64,000 nucleotides of DNA from Candidatus Moraniibacteriota bacterium (GCA_052035095.1 JBPOHW010000007.1:1705-65704), one strand, 5' to 3'. Positions 1 through 9,206 are shown, numbered from the stretch's first letter. The notes: generated by a model from the letters alone, not told the origin. Program-made: numbers and translations.

Positions 1-592
1 GCGTCACATTGGTCGCACCCCCAGTTGTGAGCGTGAGGTCATTGGACGCCGTCGTCGTAAACGATCCGCCAAATGAAATCGTCTCACCGTTTGGCACGGT
101 GAGCGTCCCCGTCGTATTCGTCACCGAAAGACCCGAGACTTTCTCGGCATTGAACGCGTACGGCACCGCGGTAAACTGAATAAGCGGCGTCATCTGACCG
201 TTACTGTTGAAGTTGACCCCGAGATAAATGTTGTCCGTATTAAAATCCACCGACCCGGGAAGACTCGTCACGCTTCCCAAATCCGTCTGGAACACCCCGT
301 CCGTCGTCGTAATACTTTTTGACTCGCGCCAAATCGCATCATTATTCGCGCCCGCCGTACAAGCGCTCGATGGATTCGCGACGGTATAAATACAAAACAA
401 AAACGTATAGCTCGCGTTCGAAACATTGGTCCCGTCGGTATTCACCACCTTTCCCTGAAAGCTGATTTTTTTGTTGATGCCGGTCGCCGCCTCCGCCTCA
501 TCCAAGGAAACAAAAAATCCCCCCGAAATTGCCACAAGCAATGATCCAAGAAGGACGAGTTGGTGTCGAATTAAATTGTTCCGGGGTTTCAT
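1..592 (-). CDS. Partial (N-terminal part, runs off window edge) large secreted surface protein; signal peptide then Thr/Asn/Gly-rich repeats
   Basis: Manual translation of minus strand from ATG at 592 gives MKPRNNLIRHQLVLLGSLLVAISGGFFVSLDEAEAATGINKKISFQGKVVNTDGTNVSNASYTF... and stays open to base 1. Not in ORF track because no stop lies within the window. Composition matches neighbouring surface proteins 3574..4626 and 4684..5763. Confidence 0.5.
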   Translation of the reverse strand, partial: MKPRNNLIRHQLVLLGSLLVAISGGFFVSLDEAEAATGINKKISFQGKVVNTDGTNVSNASYTFLFCIYTVANPSSACTAGANNDAIWRESKSITTTDGVFQTDLGSVTSLPGSVDFNTDNIYLGVNFNSNGQMTPLIQFTAVPYAFNAEKVSGLSVTNTTGTLTVPNGETISFGGSFTTTASNDLTLTTGGATNVT

Positions 593-703
593 AAAAAGAA
601 AAGCGGGCGTCCGACCCGCTTTCGCAGTCAGACCACCCGCTTTCTCTATTTCTAAATAGAGTATACACCAAAAACACTCTCGCGTCAAATTTTTTGCTTG
701 ACA

Positions 704-1294
704 TTACTCGCTTGACGTGTCTTTTTTCAAAAACGAAAAATTTTTCACCTCTTCAAAAAAGAAATCTTTTATTTTTTCCGGTCGGAGAACGGCGGAAGTA
801 ACGCTCACCGATGCCGCAAGGTCTCCTTCCTCAAAAAATCCCGTCACTTCGTACACGACCTCGTCTTTGATAAAAAGAATGACTCGTCGACTCCCGATCG
901 ATACCGTCTCGCGCGCGTACAACTTGGGATACAATCCGCGAAAAGCGACCGCGGAGAGTTCGGGAATCCCACCCGTCGGTCGCCGCTCGACGACAACCGC
1001 GAGCTTGCGTCCATCCACGTTGCTTTCGGAGAAAAACACTTGTTCGAGAATATTCCCGTTTCCACCTGACACTTCGTTTCGTTTCTCCTCAAACGACTCC
1101 GGAAGAGAAAGTGAAAAATACGTCCCGCGAAACTCCTTGACTTTTTTCTCGACCGGAATTTCCTCCCGAGAAATGTCCGCCTCTTTTTTCGACACCGTCC
1201 CAGCCGCCGGTCCGCGAAATAGAAAAATAAATACCGCGACAGCTATCGCGATCATGATGAAAAAGATGGAAACAAAGATTTTTTTCTTGGTCAT
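704..1294 (-). CDS. Hypothetical N-terminally membrane-anchored protein
   Basis: ORF 704..1363 trimmed to internal ATG (1294) that begins MTKKKIFVSIFFIMIAIAVAVFIFLF (TM anchor). Overlaps stop of upstream gene by 4 nt (ATGA), implying translational coupling. Confidence 0.5.
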   Translation of the reverse strand: MTKKKIFVSIFFIMIAIAVAVFIFLFRGPAAGTVSKKEADISREEIPVEKKVKEFRGTYFSLSLPESFEEKRNEVSGGNGNILEQVFFSESNVDGRKLAVVVERRPTGGIPELSAVAFRGLYPKLYARETVSIGSRRVILFIKDEVVYEVTGFFEEGDLAASVSVTSAVLRPEKIKDFFFEEVKNFSFLKKDTSSE

Positions 1295-2223
1295 TTCTTT
1301 TTCAAAAATTTCTTCACGCGAAATACGCCAAAAAATATTCCGAGCGCCACGCCGGCAGTCCATATGAGGATGAGCAAAACAGGGGAAATTGTTCGTGTCG
1401 GCACGGCGACGAATTCTTCCGAGCCATCGTATCGATACTCCACCGAAATCGTGTACCGCCCCGGTAGAAAAGCACTCGCCACTTTCTTGAGAGAAACTCC
1501 GTAGGTTCGATAACTCTCGGGAAGTATTCGCCCCGACTCTTCATTGATGACACCCTTCCGCACCGCGCGCCCCCACGGATCGCGCACCGTGACAACTCCT
1601 CGCGGGACAAGGTGAATATTCCCGCTGTTTCGAAATCGAAGTGAAACTTTTTCCGGAATACCGAACGCGTCTTTCCCGATATTCTGAATATCCGCGTACT
1701 CAAGCTTCATCACTTCTCCGCCCGTTTTCTTCACAAAAAAGAGCGACGCGAAGGATGAGCGAACCGAGACAAGCGGCATATCCGATTTTTCATCAGAGGA
1801 GCTTTCCAATTGAAACGCCACCGCCCCGTAGTGTCCGCCCGGAGAGAGTGATTCCTTGTTTTCGATCGCGATCGAAACGGTTTCCGTTTCGCCGGCGGGA
1901 AGCACGATACGATCGGTTGGCAGACGAATCCACGACGCGAGCCCATAGCGGCGCTCAAAATCGCCCGTTCCGCCCAGAAACGCCACTCCGCCCGACTCAT
2001 CGAGCGTCCCAAAATCAACCGCCGAAAGAAAGAACTCCGCGTCCGTATCGGTTCGATTGGAGATTTCCACTTTTACCGCCTTCTCGGTATCGCCCGATTC
2101 AAATGTCACTTCATGAAAAAGCGGGGAAAGCGAAAAATCTTTCGTTTCCGCCGAAACAAAAAACGGCAAAAAAATGCCGATAAAAAAAGCAGAGAACGAA
2201 AAAAACTTAAAGAAACACCTCAT
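1291..2223 (-). CDS. Cell-surface protein with signal peptide and C-terminal TM anchor; DUF916/DUF3324-like architecture (tentative)
   Basis: 310 aa. N-terminal hydrophobic signal (FFSFSAFFIGIFLPFFVSAE). C-terminal TM (LLILIWTAGVALGIFFGVF) followed by a KKFLKKK tail. Confidence 0.6.
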   Translation of the reverse strand: MRCFFKFFSFSAFFIGIFLPFFVSAETKDFSLSPLFHEVTFESGDTEKAVKVEISNRTDTDAEFFLSAVDFGTLDESGGVAFLGGTGDFERRYGLASWIRLPTDRIVLPAGETETVSIAIENKESLSPGGHYGAVAFQLESSSDEKSDMPLVSVRSSFASLFFVKKTGGEVMKLEYADIQNIGKDAFGIPEKVSLRFRNSGNIHLVPRGVVTVRDPWGRAVRKGVINEESGRILPESYRTYGVSLKKVASAFLPGRYTISVEYRYDGSEEFVAVPTRTISPVLLILIWTAGVALGIFFGVFRVKKFLKKK

Positions 2224-2232
2224 AGCATGAAA

Positions 2233-2401
2233 GTAAAACTTTTGTATTCGGATAAGAGAAAGAAATTAACGGAGGGGCGAGCAAACTTACAGAAACCACA
2301 AACGAAAGATTCTTTGGGAGGTTATTTCCATCCAAAACCAACAAGCCTCACCTACCAAGCCCCGGAGCATTTCTTGAACGTTCCGAATACAAAAGTTTTA
2401 C
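2233..2401. repeat. Repeat family 1, copy 1: ~125-nt conserved core (2256..2380) closed by a copy-specific 20-bp perfect inverted repeat (2233..2252 / 2382..2401)
   Basis: Core GAGAAAGAAATTAACGGAGGGGCGAGCA...AAACCACAAACGAAAGNTTCTTTGGGAGGTTATTTC...CTCACCTACCAAGCCCCGGAGCATTTCTTGAACG is shared with copies at 11942, 13603 and 60722. The flanks gtaaaacttttgtattcgga / tccgaatacaaaagttttac are exact reverse complements. Confidence 0.85.
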
Positions 2402-2424
2402 GAAACTCAAAGAACATTTCCCCT

Positions 2425-3471
2425 TTACTTCTCGGAAGTTTTGTTGCGACGAAATATTCCCCTCCATATTTTGGAAACAAAAGACCAAAGACCGACACAC
2501 AGAAGAAGTGTCACGACACCGACCACGAGCAGAATCTTCCACGGAATAATCCAAAAGTCGACGATGCCCTCGATCGGCACATCGCGCTTTCCGTCATCGT
2601 AGACGAGAAGGAGCTTCGCCTGATATTTTCCAAAACGGAATTTCGACGCCTCCTTCCAATCCCATACGAGCTCTTTCACAATATTTCCCCGTTCATCTCT
2701 CACGCCCTTTCCATCCTCCATCTTCTCGCGATACGCCGGGAACCCTTCTGCCCAAGAAACGGAAAATTCTCGAAATGTATTGGGAAGAATATTTCCTTTT
2801 TCAACATTCACATCAAGAAGCGACAATTCTCTCTCACCCTCGCGTCCGACGAAAATATTGCCGCGCGGCGCGATATGCACCGTCCCGGAATTTTTCACCC
2901 GCACGGTAAACGATGCCGGCAGAAATTCATACCACTTCCTGTCCGCGCGAAACTCAATCACCGTCGCCTCGCGCTTCGCGTTCGGAACCTTTGCCTCAAG
3001 GAGCACCAAGACCGCCGTCCCACCGGTAAGACCCGTCTGCCCATCCTTGGGACGTATCGGATCGCCCGCGCGCGAAAATACCACCGCGTAGTAATAGCCA
3101 AACGACGCCGAACTCGGCACCGTAAACGTTGCCGTCACCGTTTTCCACTCGCCGGGCGCGATTGAAAATTCTTTCTCGGAAAAATTCACCCACGAAAGAA
3201 AATCGTCGCCCGATGCGGGCTCAAGAAGTTGCGGCGCGCCATTCTCGCCATAGGCGCCAAATTTCATAAGATCGATCTTGATACGCTCTTCCGCGCTCCC
3301 GTCATTCTTCACCTTGATCGGCGCCGATACGGTGGTTCCCGGTTCGGTCACAAGATTGATCGGCAAAGGCGATGTCACCAAACGAAACTCGCCCGTCTGC
3401 GCGGACGCAGTACGAGCGCCAAAAAATAAAATGTTCGCAAATATCCCGAAAAGAAAAAAGTATTGCCTCAT
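2425..3471 (-). CDS. Cell-surface protein (signal peptide, C-terminal TM anchor), paralogous architecture to 1291..2223
   Basis: ORF 2425..3567 trimmed to ATG at 3471 (MRQYFFLFGIFANILFFGARTASAQ signal peptide). C-terminal TM (ILLVVGVVTLLLCVGLWSFV) and basic tail. Confidence 0.6.
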   Translation of the reverse strand: MRQYFFLFGIFANILFFGARTASAQTGEFRLVTSPLPINLVTEPGTTVSAPIKVKNDGSAEERIKIDLMKFGAYGENGAPQLLEPASGDDFLSWVNFSEKEFSIAPGEWKTVTATFTVPSSASFGYYYAVVFSRAGDPIRPKDGQTGLTGGTAVLVLLEAKVPNAKREATVIEFRADRKWYEFLPASFTVRVKNSGTVHIAPRGNIFVGREGERELSLLDVNVEKGNILPNTFREFSVSWAEGFPAYREKMEDGKGVRDERGNIVKELVWDWKEASKFRFGKYQAKLLLVYDDGKRDVPIEGIVDFWIIPWKILLVVGVVTLLLCVGLWSFVSKIWRGIFRRNKTSEK

Positions 3472-3573
3472 AGAATTGACCCCAGTGTACACCTTTTTTA
3501 TTCTTTTCGAAAGAGAAAGCAAAAAAGGAGCCCTCAAGAGAGCTCCAAAAAAATCGAGTTCACACAAAAAAAC

Positions 3574-4626
3574 CTAGAACCTCCCCGCCGCAACCACGGT
3601 GAGCGTATCGGTATAATCCGTCGCCGCCGCCTGGGTCGCCACAATCTTGGCGCGCTCGATAAGCGTGAGCACATCGCCGTCCGTCGTGCCGTCCGACGCC
3701 GCAATGGGCTGAAACGTTGTCGAGAGCGTTCCACCGGACGTTGTGTTCGTTCCATTGTACTCGGCGCCCCAGTTTGATGCTTGGGTAATTGTTCCCGTCC
3801 CACCGCCATCCGTCGTCACATTCACATCAAGCACATAGCCAGTGGTCGAAGCGAGATCACTCGGTGTATTGTCAACGCTCCCCGCAGTCGCAATACTCGT
3901 CCCTGCCGAAGCCGACGCGAGTCCAGCATTTAAACTCTTCACCCATGCGACCCACCCACCGGCGGCATTGGTCGTCATCGTCGCCGTCACGCCAGTCGAA
4001 GAAGCCGTCGTCGTCGAGAGCGTCCCAATCGAATCGGCATTGGCGGAAAGCGCGAATGAGAACGTCGAAGGCACCGTCGCGGTCACCACAACCTGATCAT
4101 CACTGATCACTGAAAGCGCGTATCCGGACGAATCAATCGTCGCCGCGGCGCCCGTTCGCGTCGTCACGGTCCCGGTCTGATTGTTCCCCGCGGCGCCCGT
4201 CGTAAGCGTATTGGTCCCCGAAAAATTGAAACAATACGTCGTACCCACCACGAGATCCCCGGATGGGAAGGTTACGGTTTTCCCCGACACCCCCGTCGCC
4301 GTTGCAATACTCACCCACGCCGTCGTTCCGTTGGGAAGATTGGTCGTCGTCACCGTCCAATTGGAAGCCGTGGTATTTACGGTAAAATCCGTTCCCGCAA
4401 CCGTCGGAAAGGTAATTTGCACATCCGCTTCCGTTCCCACCGTCGCCGGACGCGCGCACACCATCCCACCCGTCGTCGTCGAATCGGAGAGTCGGTCGAG
4501 CCGAATATAGACTTCGGTAAAGTTCGCCGCCTCGGCACGATTTCCAAAAAACAAAATAGGAAGCGCCGCGACGCCAACAAGAGAAATAATTCCAATCAAA
4601 GAAAGCGTTCGAGAAAAAACACGCAT
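3574..4626 (-). CDS. Thr/Gly/Ala-rich secreted surface protein with WxL-like C-terminus (tentative)
   Basis: Signal peptide MRVFSRTLSLIGIISLVGVAALPILFFGNRAEA. Low-complexity T/G/A/S-rich body. C-terminus DYTDTLTVVAAGRF resembles the YTxTLTW-type terminus of WxL-domain proteins, with V in place of W. Confidence 0.6.
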   Translation of the reverse strand: MRVFSRTLSLIGIISLVGVAALPILFFGNRAEAANFTEVYIRLDRLSDSTTTGGMVCARPATVGTEADVQITFPTVAGTDFTVNTTASNWTVTTTNLPNGTTAWVSIATATGVSGKTVTFPSGDLVVGTTYCFNFSGTNTLTTGAAGNNQTGTVTTRTGAAATIDSSGYALSVISDDQVVVTATVPSTFSFALSANADSIGTLSTTTASSTGVTATMTTNAAGGWVAWVKSLNAGLASASAGTSIATAGSVDNTPSDLASTTGYVLDVNVTTDGGGTGTITQASNWGAEYNGTNTTSGGTLSTTFQPIAASDGTTDGDVLTLIERAKIVATQAAATDYTDTLTVVAAGRF

Positions 4627-4683
4627 AGAAATTTTATTTTCATTTCACAACACTTTCAGTATATCACAAAAAAGAAATCGCGT

Positions 4684-5763
4684 CTAAAAACTCGCCGAAA
4701 CGACAACTGTCAAGAGGTCGGTATAATCGCTCGCCGCGGGTGTAATGGACGAGGATTTCGCCTTGAGAAGAAACGAACCGCGCCCGCCAACGAGAGGCGC
4801 ACTCGATGAGAAAATTTCCCGAAGCGAGGTATCGATGACGCCGACATTCGCCGCTGCGCCATTATACGGCGACACAAAGGCGAGCGGACCACCCGAAAAC
4901 TGTGAAACCGATGACCCCTGCGCGCCATAGCCGCTCGTCGCAACCGCGAGATCCGCCGTCGCCGAAGGAATTGCCGATCCGGCAGACACGCTCGAAAGTC
5001 CCGCGTTCGCGCTCGATACATAGGCCTTGCCACCCGAAGTTCCATTGGTCGCAAAGTCCACCCACACTTTTTCAGGTCCATCCGTCACGGTATTCGCGAC
5101 GAGATTGCCAAACGCAACCGCAAACGGCGGATTGGTCTCCGTATCCGTTCCGGCAACATCGATATCAAAGGAAAGTGTCGGCGCGACCGTCGCCGCCGAC
5201 GCCTCCGGTCCATAGCCCGTCTCGGTAAACTTCCCCTGCATCGCCTTCACCTTCACTTTGTAGGTCGTACTCGAAAGAAGCCCGATCACAAGCTCACCAG
5301 ACGCCCCACCCCAGTTGGCAAAAGTCTGATAGTCCTCAATTCCCAAAGTCGCCCCCGCGGTATTGTCACTCTGCACGTAGAGTGTCGTCACCCAGTTGTC
5401 CGGAGAAATCGCAATCGCGAACGTCGCGTCCGACGGATTGTCGCCATCATCGAGTGTCAAAAGAAGCTTATTGTAATAGCTCGAAGGATTGGTGAAGGCT
5501 GGCGCCGGAGGGACATTCGCCTGTTGGGTAAAAATGAGTCCCGGTCCCATATCGTAATTCGTCCCGGACAACTGATCGCTATTCGGCTCTCCCGTGATCG
5601 CGTCCATCGCGTAATTCGCCGAGCTCATATTCTCCTCTCCTCCCGACCCGAAACCGTAACTCTTCAGTTGATAATTCGTACTCGCCGGGAACGCGAAGAG
5701 AAGCAGAAAACTCGTCGTCACAAAACTTTTTTGTATTTTTTTGAAAAAATTTCCAAACAACAT
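4684..5763 (-). CDS. Thr/Gly/Ala-rich secreted surface protein, paralog of 3574..4626
   Basis: ORF 4684..5943 trimmed to ATG at 5763 (MLFGNFFKKIQKSFVTTSFLLLFAFPAS signal peptide). C-terminus SDYTDLLTVVVSASF parallels the neighbouring paralog. Confidence 0.6.
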   Translation of the reverse strand: MLFGNFFKKIQKSFVTTSFLLLFAFPASTNYQLKSYGFGSGGEENMSSANYAMDAITGEPNSDQLSGTNYDMGPGLIFTQQANVPPAPAFTNPSSYYNKLLLTLDDGDNPSDATFAIAISPDNWVTTLYVQSDNTAGATLGIEDYQTFANWGGASGELVIGLLSSTTYKVKVKAMQGKFTETGYGPEASAATVAPTLSFDIDVAGTDTETNPPFAVAFGNLVANTVTDGPEKVWVDFATNGTSGGKAYVSSANAGLSSVSAGSAIPSATADLAVATSGYGAQGSSVSQFSGGPLAFVSPYNGAAANVGVIDTSLREIFSSSAPLVGGRGSFLLKAKSSSITPAASDYTDLLTVVVSASF

Positions 5764-5855
5764 ACATCGAGAAATCACAAAAAATTTCACCCCTGAAAAG
5801 ATTTCTGTGTTTGAATCATATCGCATTGCTTCGAGCACCTTTTCATGCACGCCGA

Positions 5856-5929
5856 GACCGCAGAAAATAATTTTTCGAAAGTTTGCTCCGATAGAGAGGA
5901 GCATGTGAGAAAAATTGTTTTCTGCGGTC
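5856..5929 (+). repeat. Repeat family 2, copy A: hairpin with a 21-bp AT-rich stem (one G.U on the plus strand) and a 32-nt conserved loop
   Basis: gaccgcagaaaataatttttc [gaaagtttgctccgatagagaggagcatgtga] gaaaaattgttttctgcggtc, followed by gaggcaac. Near-identical to 53575..53649 (shared loop boxes AGTTTGCTCCGA and GAGGAGCATGTGAG). Confidence 0.8.
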
Positions 5930-6202
5930 GAGGCAACTCTCATAGGACTTCCTCACTTTGATGCAGTTCGAGGAAAAACCGAGCACCGGAACGAGGTGTA
6001 TGAGACATACTCCGAGTGAGGAGCGCAGGTTTTGACGAAGAAATGCGCAAAGTGAGGAAAGCCTATCTCAATAAAACAAAGCCATGTATATCCACACAGA
6101 AAAAAGAAATCCTTTACGCGCAACACAAATAGTATACACCAAAAAAAGAACGACCGCTGAAAAAGCGATCGTTCCACTCCGCCTCCAACATCGCGCTCGC
6201 GT

Positions 6203-6631
6203 CTATTTTTCAAGGACGCCGATCTGCAATTTTTCGAGACCCATTTCCTGTCGCGGTTGTCCGCCGTGCTTCCCGACAAACGCCTCAGTCGCGTCCTTGC
6301 CGCACATAGCGAGAATTTTGTCCGGTCCGCCCGGATGCGTTTTGATAGCCGGCGTCACATCGTATACCTGCCCGCGCACGATTGTCCAACAGCTCGCCTC
6401 GTTCCCATGTTCCGAAACCTGCGCCACCGTATACCCGGGAAAATCTTTCGAGCCTGTCGTTTCCTTCATGACCGTCCCGGCTTTTTCCAAAGAATCATTC
6501 ACTTCGGTTTTTATACCCTGTTTCACATCATCCGCCACTTCCGTCGGCGTATCCCCCTTCATAAGTCGCGTCCCGACATAGATCACCGCGACAACCACCA
6601 GCACACTCGCAATAATTTTTCCCATACGCAT
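6203..6631 (-). CDS. Cytochrome b5-like heme-binding domain protein with N-terminal TM anchor
   Basis: 142 aa. N-terminal TM segment. HPGG motif and downstream CGKDATEAF...H pattern typical of the cyt-b5 heme-binding fold. Confidence 0.7.
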   Translation of the reverse strand: MRMGKIIASVLVVVAVIYVGTRLMKGDTPTEVADDVKQGIKTEVNDSLEKAGTVMKETTGSKDFPGYTVAQVSEHGNEASCWTIVRGQVYDVTPAIKTHPGGPDKILAMCGKDATEAFVGKHGGQPRQEMGLEKLQIGVLEK

Positions 6632-6848
6632 TTTCTTAAAAATTTATCGTTGGGTCAGTATATCCGAAATTTTCCCACAGAGCAAAAAGGGAGTTCATCT
6701 CAAAAATAATTTTGAAGCAATTTTGAGGATTTTTCGAGCGAGAACATTGAAAACCGAGGAGGAATAATGTCTTTATTTCGACGAGGTTTGAAATGTTCGG
6801 AGCCGAAAAATACCAAAATTGAGTCAGAAAGGATTTTTGAGATGAGCT

Positions 6849-8300
6849 CTAGACCGTCTCCAGATCGATCACCTCGTCGATCCTGATCTGCGAGACGAAA
6901 TTGAAGTCGTGGCTTACGAGAATGAGCGTACCCGTGTAGTGATCGAGCGCCTCGGCGATGACGGGAAGGTGTCGGAAGTTGATATGATTGGTCGGCTCGT
7001 CGAGAATGAGGAGATCTGGCTCTTCAAGGAAGAGCTTGGCAAACATAAGGAGCCCCTTCTGTCCCTCGGAGAGACTCTCGACGGTGTTTTGAAGATGAGA
7101 AACCGGCACGAGAAATCGCGCGGCGGTCTTGTAGACCAACTCCTTGTTCTTTTCTTTAAGCGATGCGAAGAGCGTGTCAAAAACGGTCTGCCCAAAGTCA
7201 AGCGTCGAGAAATCCTGCCGGTAGTAACCAACCGTCACCTCGGATGTGATCGTCGCAATCTCTTCATCTCCGCGCGCGAGCGCTTCGAGGAACGTGCTCT
7301 TCCCGATCCCATTGGGACCCGAGACCAGGAGATGCGTGTTTCGCTTCAGTATCATATTGATCGGTCGCACAACTGATGTTCCCTCGCGCACAACCTTCAC
7401 GGCGTGAATTTCCACGATCGGTCCCGTCCGCCCCGATGAGGCAATATCAAATGACGGAAGCGTCTTGTCCTCTCGGCGCACCTCCGCCTTGTTTTCCTCG
7501 AGCTCATCCGCCAAGGTCCGCATCCGTTTCGCGACCCCGCGCAACTTCCCGCCCTTGTGCGCGAACACATTCGCCTGCGCGCGCTTCTCCTCAATCGTCC
7601 GCTCGCGCCGCACATTCTCGCGCTCCGCTTTCTCAATCCGCCGCGCGATTTCCTCGACCACATCATAGTAGTCGCCCGCGTACTGCTCCACCGTGTGCGT
7701 GAAAATATCGAGATACAAAACACCATTCGTAAATGCATTCAAGAAATCCGCATCGTGGGAAATGACAAGACACGTCTTCTGATAGTTGATGAGAAATTGC
7801 GTGAGGTGCTCGATACCTGTCGGATCGAGATTGTTCGTCGGCTCATCAAGAAGCAAAATATCCGGATTCTGAATGAGCGCCGAGGCTAGGAGAAGCCGCG
7901 CCTGTTGTCCGCCGGAAAACTCGCGGATCTTTTTGTCAAAGGGCGGCACCGGCAAATGCACCACCTCAAGCACATTCTGAATGAGCGCCTTCACATTCCA
8001 TTTCTTTTCCGCAAAACACTTCGCGAAAAATTCCTCCACGCTAAGATCGAGCTCCTCGCGCGACACCACCTGCCGCGCGATCGCAACCCCCGCCCCCGGC
8101 TCAATCGATATGCGTCCTTCGGTTGGCGTGAGTTCCTTTGTGATGAGCTTGAAGAGCGAGCTTTTCCCCGCGCCATTCTGTCCCATAAGCGCCGCCTTGA
8201 ATCCCGCGCGCACCGAAAAACTCACCCCGTCCAAGACAGGCTTCTTATGACTATACTCAAACGACACCCCCTCAAACCGAAGCACGATATTGTCCGCCAT
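6849..8300 (-). CDS. ABC-F family ATPase (two tandem ABC domains, no TMD)
   Basis: ORF trimmed to ATG at 8300 (MADNIVLRFEGVSFEY). Two Walker A motifs (GQNGAGKSS, GPNGIGKST), two signature motifs (LSGGQQARLLLA, LSEGQKGLLMFA) and a linker between them. Confidence 0.85.
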   Translation of the reverse strand: MADNIVLRFEGVSFEYSHKKPVLDGVSFSVRAGFKAALMGQNGAGKSSLFKLITKELTPTEGRISIEPGAGVAIARQVVSREELDLSVEEFFAKCFAEKKWNVKALIQNVLEVVHLPVPPFDKKIREFSGGQQARLLLASALIQNPDILLLDEPTNNLDPTGIEHLTQFLINYQKTCLVISHDADFLNAFTNGVLYLDIFTHTVEQYAGDYYDVVEEIARRIEKAERENVRRERTIEEKRAQANVFAHKGGKLRGVAKRMRTLADELEENKAEVRREDKTLPSFDIASSGRTGPIVEIHAVKVVREGTSVVRPINMILKRNTHLLVSGPNGIGKSTFLEALARGDEEIATITSEVTVGYYRQDFSTLDFGQTVFDTLFASLKEKNKELVYKTAARFLVPVSHLQNTVESLSEGQKGLLMFAKLFLEEPDLLILDEPTNHINFRHLPVIAEALDHYTGTLILVSHDFNFVSQIRIDEVIDLETV

Positions 8301-8448
8301 ACTCAAAAAAATACCAGAAAAAAAGACGCCCCAAAGCGTCTTACACAATGACAGAAAAAAAGAAAAAGAGCAAACAAAAAGAGAGCTGGTCAGGCTCTCA
8401 TTTTTTATGACCACCTTTTATGATCACTTCGGAACGTGTAGAAAAATC

Positions 8449-8709
8449 TTAAGAAGACCCTCCGCCCGATCCGGTAGCAGCTCCGATCATTGCTTTAGCA
8501 ACTTCAACAATTACGTTGGTCACTACTCCGACGACGACATCCCTAGCAAGGCTCGTCCCCGACGAGCTTTCTGTTTTAGAAGATGAAGTGGGAGGAGTGT
8601 CATCTGCCACAAACACTGGGGTGCCTTGATCTCTAGCCCTTTGAGCTTCAAGACATCCCCGATTCGCATCATCTCTGTCCATCTTCCGCGTATATGCTTC
8701 ACCTAACAT
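8449..8709 (-). CDS. Hypothetical small protein
   Basis: 86-aa ORF with strong SD (GAGGAGAG) 6 nt upstream of its ATG. Lies in a lower-GC segment between the ABC-F gene and dnaG. Confidence 0.45.
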   Translation of the reverse strand: MLGEAYTRKMDRDDANRGCLEAQRARDQGTPVFVADDTPPTSSSKTESSSGTSLARDVVVGVVTNVIVEVAKAMIGAATGSGGGSS

Positions 8710-8752
8710 TATAGTACTCTCCTCACTTGATTGTTAAACAGCTAGAAAACTT

Positions 8753-9124
8753 TCAAAAAGAACAGTTCGGAACGACACCGCCAAGACGCTCGATTTCCGT
8801 CCGAAGCAAAGCTATCCTCTCCCGAATCCTCGATGATTCCTGCATAAGCTGAAAACTTATCTCACGGAGACACTGTCCCACTTGCTCGCTATCGCTGGAA
8901 GATTCTTTGAGAAACTCATTTGCAATAACGTCAGACAACGCCTCTGATACTATACTCGGTAAATGCCCGTGCTTTCGAGCCTTTTTCTCCGCCTTCATCG
9001 CGCGCTTCTCGGCTTTATAGATAAGCTTGAGCCGAGACCAAATCTCTAATTCCGCAAAAGAAACACCCTTTTCTTGCCCGCACAGGAACGCATATTCTTG
9101 CTGCAATTCTACAAGGATAGCCAC
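8753..9124 (-). CDS. Hypothetical protein (GTG start)
   Basis: 123-aa ORF. GTG start is preceded by AAGGAGAG at -8. Same lower-GC segment as 8449..8709. Confidence 0.45.
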   Translation of the reverse strand: MAILVELQQEYAFLCGQEKGVSFAELEIWSRLKLIYKAEKRAMKAEKKARKHGHLPSIVSEALSDVIANEFLKESSSDSEQVGQCLREISFQLMQESSRIRERIALLRTEIERLGGVVPNCSF

Positions 9125-9206
9125 GATACTCTCCTTTTCGGTTCACTTTGAACAACGCCTCGAAACCACATTCTTTATAGGGTAAATAGCAGGATTCTGT
9201 CAATAC

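Noticed and set aside
2113-3165. 350-aa plus-strand ORF (and similar ORFs 11734..12087 and 13617..14000) reading through family-1 repeat copies
   Set aside because: The shared peptide segments (KKLTEGRA..LRKPQ..SLGGYF) are just translations of the conserved repeat core. They also overlap a better-supported minus-strand gene (2425..3471).
5896-5908. GGAGG-ATG-TGA 'start-stop' in the loop of repeat family 2
   Set aside because: SD-to-ATG spacing is only 1 nt, too short for initiation. Treated as a conserved loop sequence, not a minigene.
5953-6279. 108-aa minus-strand ORF between the surface-protein locus and cyt-b5
   Set aside because: It lies in a region occupied by family-2 and family-3 non-coding elements. 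No SD and odd composition.
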